Assembly (NCBI GenBank): GCA_900088475.1
Contig: FLMG01003282.1
Location: 1-57,983 of the forward strand
Reading direction: 5' to 3'
Source of the DNA: Hyphochytrium catenoides
Taxonomy: Eukaryota; Protista; Hyphochytriomycota
Length of the DNA stretch: 57,983 nt
Position 1 is the first letter of the stretch, and every line of letters starts with the position of its first letter. A program made the translations under genes and the position numbers. Below are positions 53,495 to 57,983 of the stretch, piece by piece. Under the pieces are notes generated by a model. It was not told the DNA's origin. It ran no database searches and saw nothing but the letters and a program-made list of their open reading frames with translations.

Positions 53495-54140
53495 CGCCGC
53501 AAAGCGCTCTATAATGACACGAAGACTCCACCGTTAGCTTTCCAAGCGCCTTCTTTCTCTCTCTTTCTCTGTCTCGGTCTGTAGATGGAAGCAGCTGTCT
53601 GGTCGACGGCTGAAAGATCTGCTTTTCCTTCCTTCTCACTTCAGTTAATGGCTCTTTCTGTCTCTCAAACACTGCTTTCCGGTAGTTAAAGCTTGGAGCT
53701 CAAGAAGAGTCTGCTCGCAGAGCAAAGTCAAGAAAGAGAAAGTGTCATTCTCATGACCTCAAGGCTCAAGGACTTCACTCCTGGCACGCGCGCTGTTGCA
53801 AGGAAGGAAAGCAAGAGAGAAGAGGAGAGTGCAGAAAGAAGGAGACAGAGAGAGAGAGAGAGAGNNNNNNNNNNNNNNNNNNNNNNNNNNNNNNNNNNNN
53901 NNNNNNNNNNNNNNNNNNNNNNNNNNNNGAGATAACAGGTTGTGATGCTAGGTTTGGGCCTTCCAAAACGTACGCGGTATATCCCAAATTCTAGTACAAA
54001 AAGAAGGAAGGATCGAAATAATACCATTCATATACTAAATACGGCTCTGGAGGGAGATCATCAGAATCCTGTCAAATGAAAAGGTTCACACAGTATGACG
54101 GATCGTTCGAGTTGTCTGCTCCACCTTACCGCTTTCTCAC

Positions 54141-54147
54141 GCTCTCG

Positions 54148-54223
<76 letters not shown>
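54141..54223. repeat. (CT)n microsatellite
   Basis: Directly visible. Confidence 0.95.
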
Positions 54224-54227
<4 letters not shown>

Positions 54228-54523
54228 TATCCCTCTCTGTCTCTTTGTGATGTCTCTTTCTCTCGTCTCTCTATAATGTCTCTCCGCTCATGCATGTCAC
54301 TGATCATTCATCTTTCGGTTGTTGATCCATCGACAATGAGCAAGCCAGCAAGAATTCTGCATACATTGAGGGGTTACAAGCCTGCCCTCCGTAGCGCGGA
54401 GTCTTTTCCCAGGCAGGCGCTTCTCTTCTTTCTTCTTCCATATCCCTTTTCTCCCCCCCGCTTCTTTCTCTTTCGTCCTCCACCGCTTCATTCTCTGTGT
54501 CTCTTTCTCCATCTCTCTCTTTC

Positions 54524-57500
54524 CTAGCGCCACACGCAAACTCTGCCGCTCGAGTTGCCGCAGCCAATGATGTTAAGTGACGGATGAAAGCAGTTGACGG
54601 ATTGTACAGACTGTAGAAGGTCATCCTGAAGTGCCACAGCTCTCTCCATTGGACCGCTTTCTTTGGCCGAAAAGACCTGAATGAAAGAGAGAAGACAGGC
54701 AACGAAGTGTGACACCATCAGGCAAAAAGTAAAGAAGCAGAAGGTAACTGTCAGTGAACGGAAGGATAGATAACACTGCATAGGAGACGGAACAAGAGGG
54801 AACGAAAAGATAGAGACTGAGGATGAGATTGAACAGAGAGAAGACTAGAAAGAGGGAGACCAGCACAAGGAGAGAGGGAGTCAAAGGTTCCTGGTACCTC
54901 AACTATTCTTGGCCTTTCCATGCTGCCGACCACAAACCGAGAGTTGTCCTTGGGATCCTTTGGGACGAGAGGTTGAGAAAAATAGAAACGCGAAGCAGGG
55001 CGATGAGTCAGACATCAAACGTGGATGCGTAGGAGAAGAAAGAGAAGAGAAAGAGACCAGTCACTTTTGAAGGTTGAATGCCATTGCAATCGAACGGATA
55101 GCCTAAGCTGGGCTGGTGGTCACAGCTCTTCAATCAAAATGAACACCCCGAGAGACAGAGACAGCGCATAGAGGAGACAGCTGGAAGAAAGGAGAAGCAT
55201 GAGAGCCTATAAGCTTGAAAATAAAGAGAAAGAGGGAACACCGAGAAGAGAGAGAGAATCTGATGCAATTTCCCGGGCGTCCCACGACTCACCCAGACGG
55301 CCCTAAACTTTGTTAGCCATCTTCCAGTCTGGTTGTTGTGCGCCCGAGAGGATAATGGCTCGCTCTTTCCTCCGCGTACCTCGTCATACAAATAAACCCG
55401 CAGTCGGTCGTCCATGCTTGTTGTGAGGATCTTGTCGCCTTCATCACAGGGAGAGAAAGACAGAAGAAGCGACAGCGTTAGATGGTTTATAATGCGCACA
55501 CCAACGAAGAAGCTAGACACTACGTAGATCGCAGTCAGCAATGGAGAAAGAGAGTTTACTTGGACATAGGGTCACCCTATCTGCTGGGGATGTAGAGGTA
55601 GCGGAAGGAAGGGGAATCGGGAAGAAAGGAGGAGGAGATCGAGGTTTGCTCCAAAGAAAGAAGAACCTTCAGGGGAAAAGTAGGCAGAGCTGGCGGCTTT
55701 CCCATGAGTCAGCTCATGGAGGAGTAGAGACTTCCTAGCGGCAGAGGATCCCTTCAGCTTCCTTATGTCCCAAATACGGACTGTGCGCTCCACCGAGGCA
55801 GAGACCAGGATGTGTGGCTCATTAGGGTGATAGTGTACTACGATCAGGAGACAACATCAAGAAGGGTCAGAGATGGATGAAAGACGGAGGGGCCAGTGAG
55901 ACAAGCGAGCAGAAAGCTTTTGTTCCCAACACGGATAGATGTGCCTTGGACATGGAGAATGGTTGAGTATGAAAGAGGGCTCAGCTGATGGCTATAGTTC
56001 AATAGGACACGAAAAACTCAAACCCTCCAGACCCTGCCGGAGCAGAGGGTCCAGGAGTCAATTCTTTTCTCCAAGACGAAACCCATCAGCGGTAGGGAAA
56101 GACGACAGAATGGGAAGCGAGAGTGCGCAGCGTAATGTTGGGCGCCAAGATGGCAAACGTTTGGAGGCAGAGGCAGATGAGACCTGACGCAAGAAGTTTG
56201 AACCTGTATGGATCCGTTTATCGTGTGCATCAAACTCAGAGACTAGCTTCTGAGACCTAAGGTCCACTATCTGGATCATTCCATTATGTTCACTGAAGAA
56301 AAGGTAGGAGGTTGAAAAACAAAGAGTCAAGTCAGCTGCTATGGACAAAGAGCCAAAGAGATAGATGAGAATATAAGCCGTAAGTGAAATCCAGGAACTG
56401 GAAGGAAGAGAGAGATGACTGGCCTCAAATAGCAGGTATCCCCAGACAGCGCCATACTTGTGAACCCATTGGCTTTCTCATACGGGATCGTATAGATCTG
56501 CGGGCATGGAGGTGAGAAACATATAGATGAGGCCGAACAGCTCCCCCTTCCCCAAGGAAGAAGTGAAAGAAGCAGATAAACTTTGAGTGCGAGGGCATGG
56601 GACCTAAGCGTCGCAATGAGGGGTCTAGGAAGGTTGAAGAAGACCGTGATAGGCCAAGAGTGAAGAGGACAAGTTGCTTAGCCCTCTGCGCACCTCGTGG
56701 AAGAGCTGTTGCTGTGTGTTGAAGGTTCTCACTGATCCGTCATAACTGGAGGTGTAGATGTAGTCAGAATCATTGGGCTTCGGAATTATGTTAGATATCG
56801 GAGACGTGTGGATGCTGCATTGGTAGGTGCCGTCGTCATCTGCAGTCGGGGGATTATGGTCGATGTTAAGTTCCTTCACTTGGACGCACTGAGGTCTCTC
56901 TCTCCCACTCTCTCTCTCTCTTCTCTCTCGCTTTTCTCTCATCTATTTTGTCGTCCTTTTTTCAGTTTCACCTCTTTCAGTGACAATAATCAACTCTAAG
57001 ACTTCTTTTCTTCAGGGCGCAGGACACTCTGCCCAAGATTAGTGCGCCTCTATTCAAAGGTTTGTCTCTCTTTCGCTGCCCCATTGCCTATCATGGGAGT
57101 TGACCCTCTCCATTTCAGTATTACCGTCTCCACTTTTGTTGCTATCTTACCGTCATCCTCTGCTTTGGGTGTATGATTTACATCCCAGATGCCTAACATG
57201 CCGCGTTTGTCTCCGGCGAGGAGAATAGGCTACAAAGTTTCTCCGTCAAAGTTGTGACACTATGACAAGGGAGAGAAGGAATAAGCAAAAAAAGCCAGGA
57301 ACATAACATACCTTGGTTGAAGTGGGATGAAAAGAGATAGAATAGATCCTCTCTGGAACTAGCTTCGCAATGTCATCCTCCTTAAGAGAAAGAATAGACA
57401 AGTCTTTCGGAACTTCTTTCATATTGGCCTCCTTCTCCTCTAAAACGTCTCCCGTTAGTCATAAATGAAGGTATGACGGGAGAAATGCCATCTCTCACAA

Positions 57501-57983
57501 AAGCTCTCTGCTGATAGAGCCTTCACCCTGTCTACTAGTGTAACTCTTCCTCAGAGTGCAGATGTGACTAACCTCTCTCATTGAGGTCCACAAAGACATG
57601 TCCGCCTAGTACGAGTGGGATGTCCTCCTCCGAATATCGTGTCTATGGGAGGCCATCGCGACGCCGAAGTGGTCAGTGACGATAGCAGAAGAGTAGTTGC
57701 ACGTACTAGCAAGAGCTAGAGCGCAGCCAAAAGGAGCGGAGTCCACAACATAGCGGTCGGCGAAGCATTTGAGCTATGAGGAGGACATTAGCAATTGCAT
57801 CCTCCGTGGGCTGTCCCACATCCTTGGATTGCACATATGGGATAATTCATACACTAAGGTGTGCCTCCTCATAAAGGCTGCAGGAAAGAGCGGTAAGGAC
57901 TAAGGAAGGACGGCGTAACAAAGAAGCATAAAGAGAGCAGAGAAAGAGAATGCCCCACTCGGTTGGCTAGCTCCTCCTGTCTT
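54524..57983 (-). CDS. WDR76: WDR76/CMR1-like WD40 protein, 5'-partial
   Basis: 'IAKLVPERIYSISFHP', 'AGDKRGMLGIWD', 'YTSSYDGSVR', 'AHDKRIHT', 'SASVERTVRIWDIRKL', 'SSAYFSP', 'AHNNQTGRWLTKFRAVW' and 'VNCFHP...GNSSGRVCVWR*'. No start was resolved inside the window. Confidence 0.9.

Overview
Eukaryotic, intron-rich genomic scaffold with N-gaps. It is most likely a stramenopile, inferred from the style of the MYB, GH72 and mitoferrin proteins; the organism cannot be fixed from sequence alone. I reconstructed 11 protein-coding genes by splicing. In order they are: ALDH9/BetB-type aldehyde dehydrogenase (-), a long PPR protein (+), WDR12/YTM1 (-), an intronless DEP-domain protein with an MGSSSS N-terminus (-), a GH72 glucanosyltransferase with a C-terminal TM helix (+), an R2R3-MYB factor (+), MIOS/Sea4 (-), a PHD-finger protein (+), a Vps5/SNX1-type sorting nexin (+), a mitoferrin-type carrier (-) and a 5'-partial WDR76/CMR1 (-). 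The introns I traced are GT-AG, with one GC-AG candidate, and most are CT-rich on the sense strand. The main hidden layer is that most larger intergenic intervals appear to contain heavily eroded non-LTR (LINE) ORF2 fossils: four RT-core relics and two C-terminal relics, recognisable only as motifs in the correct order. Other candidates are a possibly retroposed DEP gene abutting one relic, a spliced minus-strand transcript divergent from the MYB gene, a uORF in the mitoferrin leader and repeated RRSPRL motifs in the MYB protein. I found no tRNA, rRNA or CRISPR array. All homology calls are by-eye motif recognition, not database searches.
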